Shown here: in pieces, positions 25,301-40,300 of the stretch
How the letters are laid out: each line of letters opens with the position of its first letter
Numbering within the stretch: the stretch's first letter is position 1
Assembly: GCA_963514005.1 (NCBI GenBank)
Contig: OY740799.1
Span: forward strand, 31,372,001-31,436,000
Reading direction: 5' to 3'
Length of the DNA stretch: 64,000 bases
Origin: Raja brachyura
Lineage: Eukaryota
Position numbers and translations under genes: made by a program
Notes under the pieces: model-generated
Seen by the model: only the letters and a program-made list of their open reading frames with translations
Told to the model about the DNA's origin: nothing
Database searches by the model: none

Positions 25301-28300
25301 GCAGATTGAAGAAGAGAGCCGAATGTAAACAACATTTATTCATGTTCTCCCGAGATGCTGCCTGACTCGCTGATTGGGTCAACATTTTGCGTCATTTTGT
25401 GTAATCCAGCATTTGCGGTCCATTGTTTCTGTCCCAACTCGGTTCCGCCACAATTCCTAAGCTTTTTGAAGATTACTTTATAACTTGGTATAATTGGATT
25501 GAGCCAAACATTGAAATCTTGACATGTACATTTTTACCTTGTACATCAATACTGTAAGCAAAGAAGCAAGAAGAGGTAAGAGCTGCTGTTAGAAATGTTG
25601 ACCCTGTTGTCTTCTGATTTGTCACTGTTTACAGTGAATGGTTTGACTCACCTGTCGTGGTGGACTCAGTTGTGCCAGTTGTTGAATATGTTGTTGGTGT
25701 TGTACCTGGTGAGAGAATAAAATGTGTTTACAACTTGAATTGTCAGAGTTCATATTCAGCTTCTGTATGACTCATCACATTTTCATGAGCGTAAGCTGAA
25801 TTTTATAAATAATCCATGACGAAATTTAAATTTAAATGTAGAAATTTGCCAAATTCTGCATTGTCTGCTTTGCTCATCGTTTTGTTAGGATGAGAACCAT
25901 TCAATTTGGGACCTTTCAGTATATTTTTATCCACCTCCACAGTGATATACAGTACATCAAATAGACTGGCGTGAACAAGAAAATATACATTTCTGAAGAC
26001 ACATATTGACTCCTGCTCTTTCAAAAGTTCACAGTGCTATTGCACAACACATTGCAACTCATCACAATTTTACTAACTACTATGTATCCTGGCACATAGA
26101 CTAACCAATCCATGAGCAAATGCTCTCAGAGTTAAAGTCAGCTGGGCAAAGGGAACAGTCTATTCCATGAAAAGGCACTGCTGCTGAAATTCTTAGCCAT
26201 GTCTATTGAATGCTCAATGCTCCTTAAAAAAGTACCGCTGACAGTCAGAACCACACAAACTCTCTCATACATTCATAGCGCAAGTTTAAATATTTGAAGC
26301 AAAACTATGAACATGGAAGAAGTATAGTGCTATATATTAACAGAGCATACAGGTACAGAAGGATAAGATAATATGATTAATAGGTGATGTTACTAACCTG
26401 ATGTAGTGCGAGTAGTGGTCTCAGTTGTTGGTGTTGTTTCTAAAGAAAGAAAAAAGGTCATATTTAACCAATGCAGGCGAGATGTATGTCAAAATGAATT
26501 GATATGCAGTTGAGAAACCTATGATAGGAATTCATGTGCTGACACATTTCATTAAAATGTTGTACCAAGTGTTTTTTTCTTAATCGTAAATGCAGTTGGT
26601 GGGCATGTTAGACTACTACAAGTCTTTCTCTTTGTAGATTGCTGGTAGTGCTGCAGCCGCATAGACCAGAGATTCTGGTTCCACCTTGACCTCGGGTGCT
26701 GTCTGCGTGCACGTTTTCCGTTTTACAGCATGGATGGCCTCCAGGTATTTGATAGATGTTGTTACTAACCTGTTGTAGTGCTGGTAGTGGTTCCAGTTGT
26801 TAATGTAGTTGTTGTTTCTGGCGAAAGAAAATAATGCTATCGTCAACTAAGGCAGCTAAGAGAAATAGGTATGCAGTATTGAATCTTCAACAGGAATTCC
26901 TGAACTGGATCATTTCATGAAAACGATTTTGAGTTGACATTGTATCCGTGTGAGATGTTTCTGAAAACAATCTGCATTTATGTTCGCATATCCAAACGTG
27001 ACATGATCCACAAGCTGCTCAAAATTTCGAGGTCATAATTACACTTTTGCTCAGTCCTGCTGAGTATACGTGGAAATGAGAAGCAATAAACTCATGTTCT
27101 TCCACATTTCCTATGTTTTTCGAAGATTACATTAGAACTTGATATAATTGATTTGAGGCAAACATTGAAATCTTGACATGTGTGTTTGCACCATCTATCT
27201 CAATAATGTAAACAAAGATGCAAGACGTAAACCGGAGACCTGGTCTAAGGGCTTAGAAGTAAGCCGGAGACCCATTGGATTACACTTTGTCGCTGTTTAC
27301 AGGAAGTGGTTTGACTCACCTGTCGTGGAACTGGTGGTGGACTCAGTTGTGCCAGTTGTCGAAGATGTTGTTGGGGTTGTTCCTGGAGAGAGAGTACAAA
27401 CATGTTTATGAAATTAATTGCAAGAGGTGCAACCACGTAGCGCCGGAGACCCTAGTTCTATCCTGGTTTCTCGTTCCGTCTGTGTGGAGATTGCACTTTC
27501 TCACTTTTACCGTGTAGGTTCCCTTCAGGTGTTTGTTAGATGTTGTTACTCACCTGATGTAGTGCTTGTAGTGGTCCCTGGTGTTGATGTTGGTGTTGTT
27601 TCTAGTGAAAGAAAAGAATGCTATCTTCAACCAAGGCAACCAAGAGGAATTGGTACCAAGTAAAGAAACCTCCAAAAGGAATTCATCAGCAGGCACATGT
27701 TAATAAATTGTTTTACTGTGGTTATTTCCTTCATCATAGAATCATGTGGGAGGGTATGCTTTGCTGTTACATTTCTTCATCTCTGACAATCAGCAGATGG
27801 CTATTTTGCTCCATTCTAGAACAATCCTACATTCTTGACACTTCGATTGTGGATTTCATGAAGAATTACAAAGCCCTTTTTATTTCAGAAGTGGTTCTCC
27901 TATTTTCCGAGTGAGAATTGTTAAATGTTTGTGGCAACACCATGAACAGGCAAGAGAGAAGTATAGAGCTTTGCTTTGACGTTACCTGATGTAGTGCTGG
28001 TTGTGGTCTCAGTTGATGATGTGGTTGGCGTTGTTTCTGGAGAAGAAAGTATTATATTCAATCAAGGCAGCTAGGTCAATTGGTACGCATTTTAGAAGCC
28101 TTGTACAGAAACACATGAGCTGGCGCGATTTATGAATACATTTATTTTCGTCATCGTATAACAAAATTGGACTGCTTCATTTTTTTCTCAGTGTCAATCA
28201 GCAGCCGATCATTTTAGTGCAATTATAAATAATTAAGTTCTCTTGTGTTCCAATGTCAGATTTCATTGAGGCTCAAACGTGTCTTCCAGAAACTGCAGGT

Positions 28301-31300
28301 GATCAGAAATGCCTATAGAATAGTGTCATGCTCAGTACGTCTTTTAACATTACTGTGGGTAATTAGTACCACAAAGTCTTTCCTTATTCATTGCCATCAC
28401 AGACAATCATGCGTTCTTAATGCATTACACTTGACATTTCCCTCATCGTAGAAAAAAATGGGAGGACCTAGTCTGCTGCTAAATTTCTTTATCTCTGTCA
28501 ACTAGCATATTAATGTTTCTCTTCCATCTCAAACAATCAAGTGCTCTTGACACATCGATTGTGGATTTACTGGCAATTGAACCAAGACATCCTGTATGGT
28601 CTTCTTTTGCCAATATTACTAACAGTAGAGTTGTACAATTCATGCCAATAATGGTAACGATGATGCAAGAATGGAGCAACAGAGCTGATGTATGAAATGT
28701 TGACCCATTGTCCAAAGGTTAGCCAATGTTGGGGTCAAGGAAAGAGTGTTCATGTCGCGGCCCTGTTTCCACCAATCTTTCCACCGCCGAGCACAAGAAG
28801 TGACAAGTCAGACACCATTGAATGCAGATGCCGAGAAGTGTGTTCTGCTCTTGATGAACAACTTCTAATCTTATGCTTGGTATACACAGTTACAAATGGA
28901 ACCACAGACCCCAGCAGTGAAATATTGACCCATTGTCTTATTTCAGTGCCACTGCTAAACAATCTTTTGCTCTTAATGCACCAATTGCGGATTGTACGGA
29001 AGTTCATCCGTGTTTTCCAAAAACTGTATGTTCTACTTTATACCGTTATTACTAATGGTGTGTGATGTGCTTGCACATAATGAGCATTTGTGTTCCACTT
29101 GTCCAAATGGGCCAGGCCTGAAATTGCATAAAATGTGCTGATCTAATCATGCTTTACCTTGTTATTGCTGAATATCAGAAGAAAATGAGCAGCAGAAGCC
29201 AACAACTCAGTTGGACACAAAGTGCTGAACAAGGAACTGCAGATGCTGGATTACACAAAATGACCCAAAGTGCTGGAAAAAATCAGCATGTCAGGCAGAA
29301 TCACTGGAAAATGTGGATTGGTGACATTTCGTGTCAGGACACTTCTGCAATTTGAAGAAGAGAGCCGAATGTAAACTACACTTATTGATGTTCTCCCGAG
29401 ATGCTGCCTGACTCGCTGATTGGGTCAACATTTTGCGTCATTTTGTGTAATCCAGCATTTGCGGTCCCTTGCTTCTGTCCCAACTCGGTTCCGCCACAAT
29501 TCCTAAGCTTTTTGAAGATTACTTTATAACTTGGTATAATTGGATTGAGCCAAACATTGAAATCTTGACATGTACATTTTCACCTTGTACATCAATACTG
29601 TAAGCAAAGAAGCAAGAAGAGGTAAGAGCTGCTGTTAGAAATGTTGACCCTGTTGTCTTCTGATTTGTCACTGTTTACAGTGAATGGTTTGACTCACCTG
29701 TCGTGGTGGACTCAGTTGTGCCAGTTGTTGAATATGTTGTTGGTGTTGTACCTGGTGAGAGAATAAAATGTGTTTACAACTTGAATTGTAAGAGTTCATA
29801 TTCAGCTTCTGTATGACTCAGCACATTTTCATGAAAGTAAGCTGAATTTTATAAATATTCCATGACGAAATTTAAATTTAAATGTAGAAAATTGCCAAAT
29901 TCTGCTTTGTTTGCTTTGTTCATCATTTTGTTAGCATGGGATCCATTAAATTCGGAACTTTTCAGTATATTTTTATCCACCTCCACAGTGATATACAGTA
30001 CATCAAATAGACTGGCGTGAACAAGAAAATATACATTTCTGTAGACAAATATTGACTCCTGCTCTTTCAAATGTTTACAGTGCTATTGCACAACACATTG
30101 CAACTCATCACAATTTTACGAACTACTATGTATCCTGGCACATAGACCAACTAATCCATGAGCAAATGCTCTCAGATGTAAAGTCAGCTGGGCAAAGGGA
30201 AGAGTCTATTCCATGAAAAGGCACTGCTGCTGAAATTCTTAGCCATGTCTATTGAATGCTCAATGCTCCTTAAAAAAGTACCGCTGACCGTCAGAACCAC
30301 ATAAACTCTCTCATATATTCATTGCGCAATTTAAAATTTTTGAAGCAAAACTATGAACATGGAAGAAGTATAGTGCTATATATTAACAGAGCATACAGGT
30401 ACAGAAGGATAAGATAATATGATTAATAGGTGATGTTACTAACCTGATGTAGTGTGAGTAGTGGTCTCAGTTGTTGGTGTTGTTTCTAAAGAAAGAAAAA
30501 AGGTTATATTTAACCAATGCAGGCGAGATGTATGTCAAAATGAATTAATATGCAGTTGAGAAACCTATGATAGGAATTCATGTGCTGACACATTTCATTA
30601 AAATGTTGTACCAAGTGTTTTTTTCTTAATCGTAAATGCAGTTGGTGGGCATGTTAGACTACTACAAGTCTTTCCCTTTGTAGATCGCTGGTAGGGCTGC
30701 AGCCGCATAGACCAGAGATTCTGGTTCCACCTTGACCTCGGGTGCTGTCTGCGTGCACGTTCTCCGTTTTACAGCATGGATGGCCTCCAGGTATTTGATA
30801 GATGTTGTTACTAACCTGTTGTAGTGCTGGTAGTGGTTCCAGTTGTTAATGTAGTTGTTGTTTCTGGCGAAAGAAAATAATGCTATCGTCAACTAAGGCA
30901 GCTAAGAGAAATAGGTATGCAGTATTGAATCTTCAACAGGAATTCCTGAACTGGATCATTTCATGAAAACGATTTTGAGTTGACATTGTATCAGTGTGAG
31001 ATGTTTCTGAAAACAATCTGCATTTATGTTCGCATATCCAAAAGTGACATGATCCACAAGCTGCTCAAAATTTCGAGGTCATAATTGCACTTTTGCTCAG
31101 TCCTGCTGAGTATACGTGGAAATGAGAAGCAATAAATTCATGTTCTTCCACATTTCCTATGTTTTTCTAAGATTACATTATAACTTGATATAATTGATTT
31201 GAGGGAAACATTGAAATCTTGACATGCGTGTTTGCACCATCTATCTCAATAATGTAAACAAAGATGCAAGACGTAAACCGGAGACCTGGTCTAAGGGCTT

Positions 31301-34300
31301 AGAAGTAAGCCGGAGACCCATTGGATTACACTTTGTCGCTGTTTACAGGAAGTGGTTTGACTCACCTGTCGTGGAACTGGTGGTGGACTCAGTTGTGCCA
31401 GTTGTCGAAGATGTTGTTGGGGTTGTTCCTGGAGAGAGAGTACAAACATGTTTATGAAATTAATTGCAAGAGGTGCAACCACGTAGCGCCGGAGACCCTA
31501 GTTCTATCCTGGTTTCTCGTTCCGTCTGTGTGGAGATTGCACTTTCTCACTTTTACCGTGTAGGTTCCCTTCAGGTGTTTGTTAGATGTTGTTACTCACC
31601 TGATGTAGTGCTTGTAGTGGTCCCTGGTGTTGATGTTGGTGTTGTTTCTAGAGAAAGAAAAGAATGCTATCTTCAACCAAGGCAACCAAGAGGAATTGGT
31701 ACCAAGTAAAGAAACCTCCAAAAGGAATTCATCAGCAGGCACATGTTAATAAATTGTTTTACTGTGGTTATTTCCTTCATCATAGAATCATGTGGGAGGG
31801 TATGCTTTGCTGTTACATTTCTTCATCTCTGACAATCAGCAGATGGCCATTTTGCTCCATTCTAGAACAATCCTACATTCTTGACACTTCGATTGTGGAT
31901 TTCATGAAGAATTACAAGGCCCTTTTTATTTCAGAAGTGGTTCTCCTATTTTCCGAGTGAGAATTGTTAAATGTTTGTGGCAACACCATGAACAGGCAAG
32001 AGAGAAGTATAGAGCTTTGCTTTGACGTTACCTGATGTAGTGCTGGTTGTGGTCTCAGTTGATGATGTGGTTGGCGTTGTTTCTGGAGAAGAAAGTATTA
32101 TATTCAATCAAGGCAGCTAGGTCAATTGGTACGCATTTTAGGAGCCTTGTACAGAAACACATGAGCTGGCGCGTTTTATGAATACATTTATTTATGTCTT
32201 ATTTTCGTCATCGTATAACAAAATTGGACTACTTCATTTTTTTCTCAGTGTCAATCAGCAGCCGTCCATTTTAGTGCAATTATAAATAATTAAGTTCTCT
32301 TGTGTTCCAATGTCAGATTTCATTGAGGCTCAAACATGTCTTCCAGAAACTGCAGGTGATCAGAAATGCCTATAGAATAGTGTCATGCTCAGTACGTCTT
32401 TTAACATTACTGTGGGTAATTAGTACCACAAAGTCTTTCCTTGTTCATTGCCATCACAGACAATCATGCGTTCTTAATGCATTACACTTGACATTTCCCT
32501 CATCGTAGAAAAAAATGGGAGGACCTAGTCTGCTGCTAAATTTCTTTATCTCTGTCAACTAGCATATTAATGTTTCTCTGCCATCTCAAACAATCAAGTG
32601 CTCTTGACACATCGATTGTGGATTTACTGGCAATTGAACCAAGTCTTCCTGTATGGTCTTCTTTTGCCAATATTGCTAACAGTAGAGTTGTACAATTCAT
32701 GCCAATAATGGTAACGAAGATGCAAGAATGGAGCAACAGAGCTGATGTATGAAATGTTGACCCATTGTCCAAAGGTTAGCCAATGTTGGGGTCAAGGAAA
32801 GAGTGTTCATGTCGCGGCCCTGTTTCCAAAATTCTTTCCACCGCCGAGCACAAGAAGTGACAAGTGAGACACCATTGAATGCAGATGCCGAGAAGTGTGT
32901 TCTGCTCTTGATGAACAACTTCTAATCTTATGCTTGGTATACACAGTTACAAATGGAACCACAGACCCCAGCAGTGAAATATTGACCCATTGTCTTATTT
33001 CAGTGCCACTGCTAAACAATCTTTTGCTCTTAATGCACCAATTGCGGATTGTACGGAAGTTCATCCGTGTTTTCCAAAAACTGTATGTTCTACTTTATAC
33101 CGTTATTACTAATGGTGTGTGATGTGCTTGCACATAATGAGCATTTGTGTTCCACTTGTCCAAATGGGCCAGGCCTGAAATTGCATAAAATGTGCTGATC
33201 TAATCATGCTTTACCTTGTTATTGCTGAATATCAGAAGAAAATGAGCAGCAGAAGCCAACAACTCAGTTGGACACAAAGTGCTGAACAAGGAACTGCAGA
33301 TGCTGGATTACACAAAATGACCCAAAGTGCTGGAAAAAATCAGCATGTCAGGCAGAATCACTGGAAAATGTGGATTGGTGACATTTCGTGTCAGGACACT
33401 TCTGCAATTTGAAGAAGAGAGCCGAATGTAAACTACACTTATTGATGTTCTCCCGAGATGCTGCCTGACTCGCTGATTGGGTCAACATTTTGCGTCATTT
33501 TGTGTAATCCAGCATTTGCGGTCCCTTGCTTCTGTCCCAACTCGGCTCCGCCACAATTCCTAAGCTTTTTGAAGATTACTTTATAACTTGGTATAATTGG
33601 ATTGAGCCAAACATTGAAATCTTGACATGTACATTTTCACCTTGTACATCAATACTGTAAGCAAAGAAGCAAGAAGAGGTAAGAGCTGCTGTTAGAAATG
33701 TTGACCCTGTTGTCTTCCGATTTGTCACTGTTTACAGTGAATGGTTTGACTCACCTGTCGTGGTGGACTCAGTTGTGCCAGTTGTTGAATATGTTGTTGG
33801 TGTTGTACCTGGTGAGAGAATAAAATGTGTTTACAACTTGAATTGTAAGAGTTCATATTCAGCTTCTGTATGACTCAGCACATTTTCATGAAAGTAAGCT
33901 GAATTTTATAAATATTCCATGACGAAATTTAAATTTAAATGTAGAAAATTGCCAAATTCTGCTTTGTTTGCTTTGTTCATCATTTTGTTAGCATGGGATC
34001 CATTAAATTCGGAACTTTTCAGTATATTTTTATCCACCTCCACAGTGATATACAGTACATCAAATAGACTGGCGTGAACAAGAAAATATACATTTCTGTA
34101 GACAAATATTGACTCCTGCTCTTTCAAATGTTCACAGTGCTATTGCACAACACATTGCAACTCATCACAATTTTACTAACTACTATGTATCCTGGGACAT
34201 AGACTAACCAATCCATGAGCAAATGCTCTCAGATGTAAAGTCAGCTGGGCAAAGGGAAGAGTCTATTCCATGAAAAGGCACTGCTGCTGAAATTCTTAGC

Positions 34301-37300
34301 CATGTCTATTGAATGCTCAATGCTCCTTAAAAAAGTACCGCTGACCGTCAGAACCACATAAACTCTCTCATATATTCATTGCGCAATTTAAAATTTTTGA
34401 AGCAAAACTATGAACATGGAAGAAGTATAGTGCTATATATTAACAGAGCATACAGGTACAGAAGGATAAGATAATATGATTAATAGGTGATGTTACTAAC
34501 CTGATGTAGTGCGAGTAGTGGTCTCAGTTGTTGGTGTTGTTTCTAAAGAAAGAAAAAAGGTTATATTTAACCAATACAGGCGAGATGTATGTCAAAATGA
34601 ATTGATATGCAGTTGAGAAACCTATGATAGGAATTCATGTGCTGACACATTTCATTAAAATGTTGTACCAAGTGTTTTTTTCTTAATCGTAAATGCAGTT
34701 GGTGGGCATGTTAGACTACTACAAGTCTTTCTCTTTGTAGATTGCTGGTAGTGCTGCAGCCGCATAGACCAGAGATTCTGGTTCCACCTTGACCTCGGGT
34801 GCTGTCTGCGTGCACGTTTTCCGTTTTACAGCATGGATGGCCTCCAGGTATTTGATAGATGTTGTTACTAACCTGTTGTAGTGCTGGTAGTGGTTCCAGT
34901 TGTTAATGTAGTTGTTGTTTCTGGCGAAAGAAAATAATGCTATCGTCAACTAAGGCAGCTAAGAGAAATAGGTATGCAGTATTGAATCTTCAACAGGAAT
35001 TCCTGAACTGGATCATTTCATGAAAACGATTTTGAGTTGACATTGTATCAGTGTGAGATGTTTCTGAAAACAATCTGCATTTATGTTCGCATATCCAAAA
35101 GTGACATGATCCACAAGCTGCTCAAAATTTCGAGGTCATAATTGCACTTTTGCTCAGTCCTGCTGAGTATACGTGGAAATGAGAAGCAAGAAACTCATGT
35201 TCTTCCACATTTCCTATGTTTTTCAAAGATTACATTGTAACTTGATATAATTGATTTGAGGCAAACATTGAAATCTTGACATGTGTGTTTGCACCATCTA
35301 TCTCAATAATGTAAACAAAGATGCAAGACGTAAACCGGAGACCTGGTCTAAGGGCTTAGAAGTAAGCCGGAGACCCATTGGATTACACTTTGTCGCTGTT
35401 TACAGGAAGTGGTTTGACTCACCTGTCGTGGAACTGGTGGTGGACTCAGTTGTGCCAGTTGTCGAAGATGTTGTTGGGGTTGTTCCTGGAGAGAGAGTAC
35501 AAACATGTTTATGAAATTAATTGCAAGAGGTGCAACCACGTAGCGCCGGAGACCCTAGTTCTATCCTGGTTTCTCGTTCCGTCTGTGTGGAGATTGCACT
35601 TTCTCACTTTTACCGTGTAGGTTCCCTTCAGGTGTTTGTTAGATGTTGTTACTCACCTGATGTAGTGCTTGTAGTGGTCCCTGGTGTTGATGTTGGTGTT
35701 GTTTCTAGTGAAAGAAAAGAATGCTATCTTCAACCAAGGCAACCAAGAGGAATTGGTACCAAGTAAAGAAACCTCCAAAAGGAATTCATCAGCAGGCACA
35801 TGTTAATAAATTGTTTTACTGTGGTTATTTCCTTCACCATAGAATCATGTGGGAGGGTATGCTTTGCTGTTACATTTCTTCATCTCTGACAATCAGCAGA
35901 TGGCCATTTTGCTCCATTCTAGAACAATCCTACATTCTTGACACTTCGATTGTGGATTTCATGAAGAATTACAAGGCCCTTTTTATTTCAGAAGTGGTTC
36001 TCCTATTTTCCGAGTGAGAATTGTTAAATGTTTGTGGCAACACCATGAACAGGCAAGAGAGAAGTATAGAGCTTTGCTTTGACGTTACCTGATGTAGTGC
36101 TGGTTGTGGTCTCAGTTGATGATGTGGTTGGCGTTGTTTCTGGAGAAGAAAATAGTATATTCAATCAAGGCAGCTAGGTCAATTGGTACGCATTTTAGAA
36201 GCCTTGTACAGAAACACATGAGCTGGCGCAATTTATGAATACATTTATTTATGTCTTATTTTCGTCATCGTATAACAAAATTGGACTGCTTCATTTTTTT
36301 CTCAGTGTCAATCAGCAGCCGATCATTTTAGTGCAATTATAAATAATTAAGTTCTCTTGTGTGCCAATGTCAGATTTCATTGAGGCTCAAACGTGTCTTC
36401 CAGAAACTGCAGGTGATCAGAAATGCCTATAGAAAAGTGTCATGCTCAGTACGCCTTTTAACATTACTGTGGGTAAGTAGTACCACAAAATCTTTCCTTA
36501 TTCATTACCATCACAGACAATCATGCGTTCTTAATGCATTACACTTGACATTTCCCTCATCGTAGAAAAAAATGGGAGGACCTAGTCTGCTGCTAAATTT
36601 CTTTATCTCTGTCAACTAGCATATTAATGTTTCTCTGCCATCTCAAACAGTCAAGTGCTCTTGACACATCGATTGTGGATTTACTGGCAATTGAACCAAG
36701 ACTTCCTGTATGGTCTTCTTTTGCCAATATTACTAACAGTAGAGTTGTACAATTCATGCCAATAATGGTAACGAAGATGCAAGAATGGAGCAACAGAGCT
36801 GATGTATAAAATGTTGACCCATTGTCCAAAGATTAGCCAATGTTGGGGTCAAGGAAAGAGTGTTCATGTCGCGGCCCTGTTTCCACCAATCTTTCCACCG
36901 CCGAGCACAAGAAGTGACAAGTCAGACACCATTGAATGCAGATGCCGAGAAGTGTGTTCTGCTCTTGCTGAACAACTTCTAATCTTATGCTTGGTATACA
37001 CAGTTACAAATGGAACCACAGATCCCAGCAGTGAAATATTGACCCATTGTCTTATTTCAGTGCCACTGCTAAACAATCTTTTGCTCTTAATGCACCAATT
37101 GCGGATTGTACGGAAGTTCATCCGTGTTTTCCAAAAACTGTATGTTCTACTTTATACCGTTATTACTAATGGTGTGTGATGTGCTTGCACATGATGAGCA
37201 TTTGTGTTCCACTTGTCCAAATGGGCCAGGCCTGAAATTGCATAAAATGTGCTGATCTAATCATGCTTTAGCTTGTTATTGCTGAATATCAGAAGAAAAT

Positions 37301-40300
37301 GAGCAGCAGAAGCCAACAACTCAGTTGGACACAAAGCGCTGATTAAGGAACTGCAGATGCTGGATTACACAAAATGACCCAAAGTGCTGGAAAAAATCAG
37401 CATGTCAGGCAGAATCACTGGAAAATGTGGATTGGTGACATTTTGTGTCAGGACCCTTCTGCAGATTGAAGAAGAGAGCCGAATGTAAACTACACTTATT
37501 CATGTTCTCCCGAGATGCTGCCTGACTCGCTGATTGGGTCAACATTTTGCGTCATTTTGTGTAATCCAGCATTTGCGGTCCATTGTTTCTGTCCCAACTC
37601 GGTTCCGCCACAATTCCTAAGCTTTTTGAAGATTACTTTATAACTTGGTATAATTGGATTGAGCCAAACATTGAAATCTTGACATGTACATTTTCACCTT
37701 GTACATCAATACTGTAAGCAAAGAAGCAAGAAGAGGTAAGAGCTGCTGTTAGAAATGTTGACCCTGTTGTCTTCCGATTTGTCACTGTTTACAGTGAATG
37801 GTTTGACTCACCTGTCGTGGTGGACTCAGTTGTGCCAGTTGTTGAATATGTTGTTGGTGTTGTACCTGGTGAGAGAATAAAATGTGTTTACAACTTGAAT
37901 TGTAAGAGTTCATATTCAGCTTCTGTATGACTCAGCACATTTTCATGAAAGTAAGCTGAATTTTATAAATATTCCATGACGAAATTTAAATTTAAATGTA
38001 GAAAATTGCCAAATTCTGCTTTGTTTGCTTTGTTCATCATTTTGTTAGCATGGGATCCATTAAATTCGGAACTTTTCAGTATATTTTTATCCACCTCCAC
38101 AGTGATATACAGTACATCAAATAGACTGGCGTGAACAAGAAAATATACATTTCTGTAGACAAATATTGACTCCTGCTCTTTCAAATGTTTACAGTGCTAT
38201 TGCACAACACATTGCAACTCATCACAATTTTACTAACTACTATGTATCCTGGGACATAGACTGACCAATCCATGAGCAAATGCTCTCAGATGTAAAGTCA
38301 GCTGGGCAAAGGGAAGAGTCTATTCCATGAAAAGGCACTGCTGCTGAAATTCTTAGCCATGTCTATTGAATGCTCAATGCTCCTTAAAAAAGTACCGCTG
38401 ACCGTCAGAACCACATAAACTCTCTCATATATTCATTGCGCAATTTAAAATTTTTGAAGCAAAACTATGAACATGGAAGAAGTATAGTGCTATATATTAA
38501 CAGAGCATACAGGTACAGAAGGATAAGATAATATGATTAATAGGTGATGTTACTAACCTGATGTAGTGCGAGTAGTGGTCTCAGTTGTTGGTGTTGTTTC
38601 TAAAGAAAGAAAAATGGTTATATTTAACCAATACAGGCGAGATGTATGTCAAAATGAATTGATATGCAGTTGAGAAACCTATGATAGGAATTCATGTGCT
38701 GACACATTTCATTAAAATGTTGTACCAAGTGTTTTTTTCTTAATCGTAAATGCAGTTGGTGGGCATGTTAGACTACTACAAGTCTTTCTCTTTGTAGATC
38801 GCTGGTAGTGCTGCAGCCGCATAGACCAGAGATTCTGGTTCCACCTTGACCTCGGGTGCTGTCTGCGTGCACGTTTTCCGTTTTACAGCATGGATGGCCT
38901 CCAGGTATTTGATAGATGTTGTTACTAACCTGTTGTAGTGCTGGTAGTGGTTCCAGTTGTTAATGTAGTTGTTGTTTCTGGCGAAAGAATATAATGCTAT
39001 CGTCAACTAAGGCAGCTAAGAGAAATAGGTATGCAGTATTGAATCTTCAACAGGAATTCCTGAACTGGATCATTTCATGAAAACGATTTTGAGTTGACAT
39101 TGTATCAGTGTGAGATGTTTCTGAAAACAATCTGCATTTATGTTCGCATATCCAAAAGTGACATGATCCACAAGCTGCTCAAAATTTCGAGGTCATAATT
39201 GCACTTTTGCTCAGTCCTGCTGAGTATACGTGGAAATGAGAAGCAAGAAACTCATGTTCTTCCACATTTCCTATGTTTTTCAAAGATTACATTATAACTT
39301 GATATAATTGATTTGAGGCAAACATTGAAATCTTGACATGTGTGTTTGCACCATCTATCTCAATAATGTAAACAAAGATGCAAGACGTAAACCGGAGACC
39401 TGGTCTAAGGGCTTAGAAGTAAGCCGGAGACCCATTGGATTACACTTTGTCGCTGTTTACAGGAAGTGGTTTGACTCACCTGTCGTGGAACTGGTGGTGG
39501 ACTCAGTTGTGCCAGTTGTCGAAGATGTTGTTGGGGTTGTTCCTGGAGAGAGAGTACAAACATGTTTATGAAATTAATTGCAAGAGGTGCAACCACGTAG
39601 CGCCGGAGACCCTAGTTCTATCCTGGTTTCTCGTTCCGTCTGTGTGGAGATTGCACTTTCTCACTTTTACCGTGTAGGTTCCCTTCAGGTGTTTGTTAGA
39701 TGTTGTTACTCACCTGATGTAGTGCTTGTAGTGGTCCCTGGTGTTGATGTTGGTGTTGTTTCTAGTGAAAGAAAAGAATGCTATCTTCAACCAAGGCAAC
39801 CAAGAGGAATTGGTACCAAGTAAAGAAACCTCCAAAAGGAATTCATCAGCAGGCACATGTTAATACATTGTTTTACTGTGGTTATTTCCTTCATCATAGA
39901 ATCATGTGGGAGGGTATGCTTTGCTGTTACATTTCTTCATCTCTGACAATCAGCAGATGGCTATTTTGCTCCATTCTAGAACAATCCTACATTCTTGACA
40001 CTTCGATTGTGGATTTCATGAAGAATTACAAGGCCCTTTTTATTTCAGAAGTGGTTCTCCTATTTTCCGAGTGAGAATTGTTAAATGTTTGTGGCAACAC
40101 CATGAACAGGCAAGAGAGAAGTATAGAGCTTTGCTTTGACGTTACCTGATGTAGTGCTGGTTGTGGTCTCAGTTGATGATGTGGTTGGCGTTGTTTCTGG
40201 AGAAGAAAATATTATATTCAATCAAGGCAGCTAGGTCAATTGGTACGCATTTTAGAAGCCTTGTACAGAAACACATGAGCTGGCGCGATTTATGAATACA

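Noticed and set aside
28618-28690. Possible extra exon at an actaac (GTTAGT) donor-like site in the long intron
   Set aside because: The adjacent sequence is not Thr/Ser-rich, lacks the AG|GT context of the real exons and has no good acceptor.
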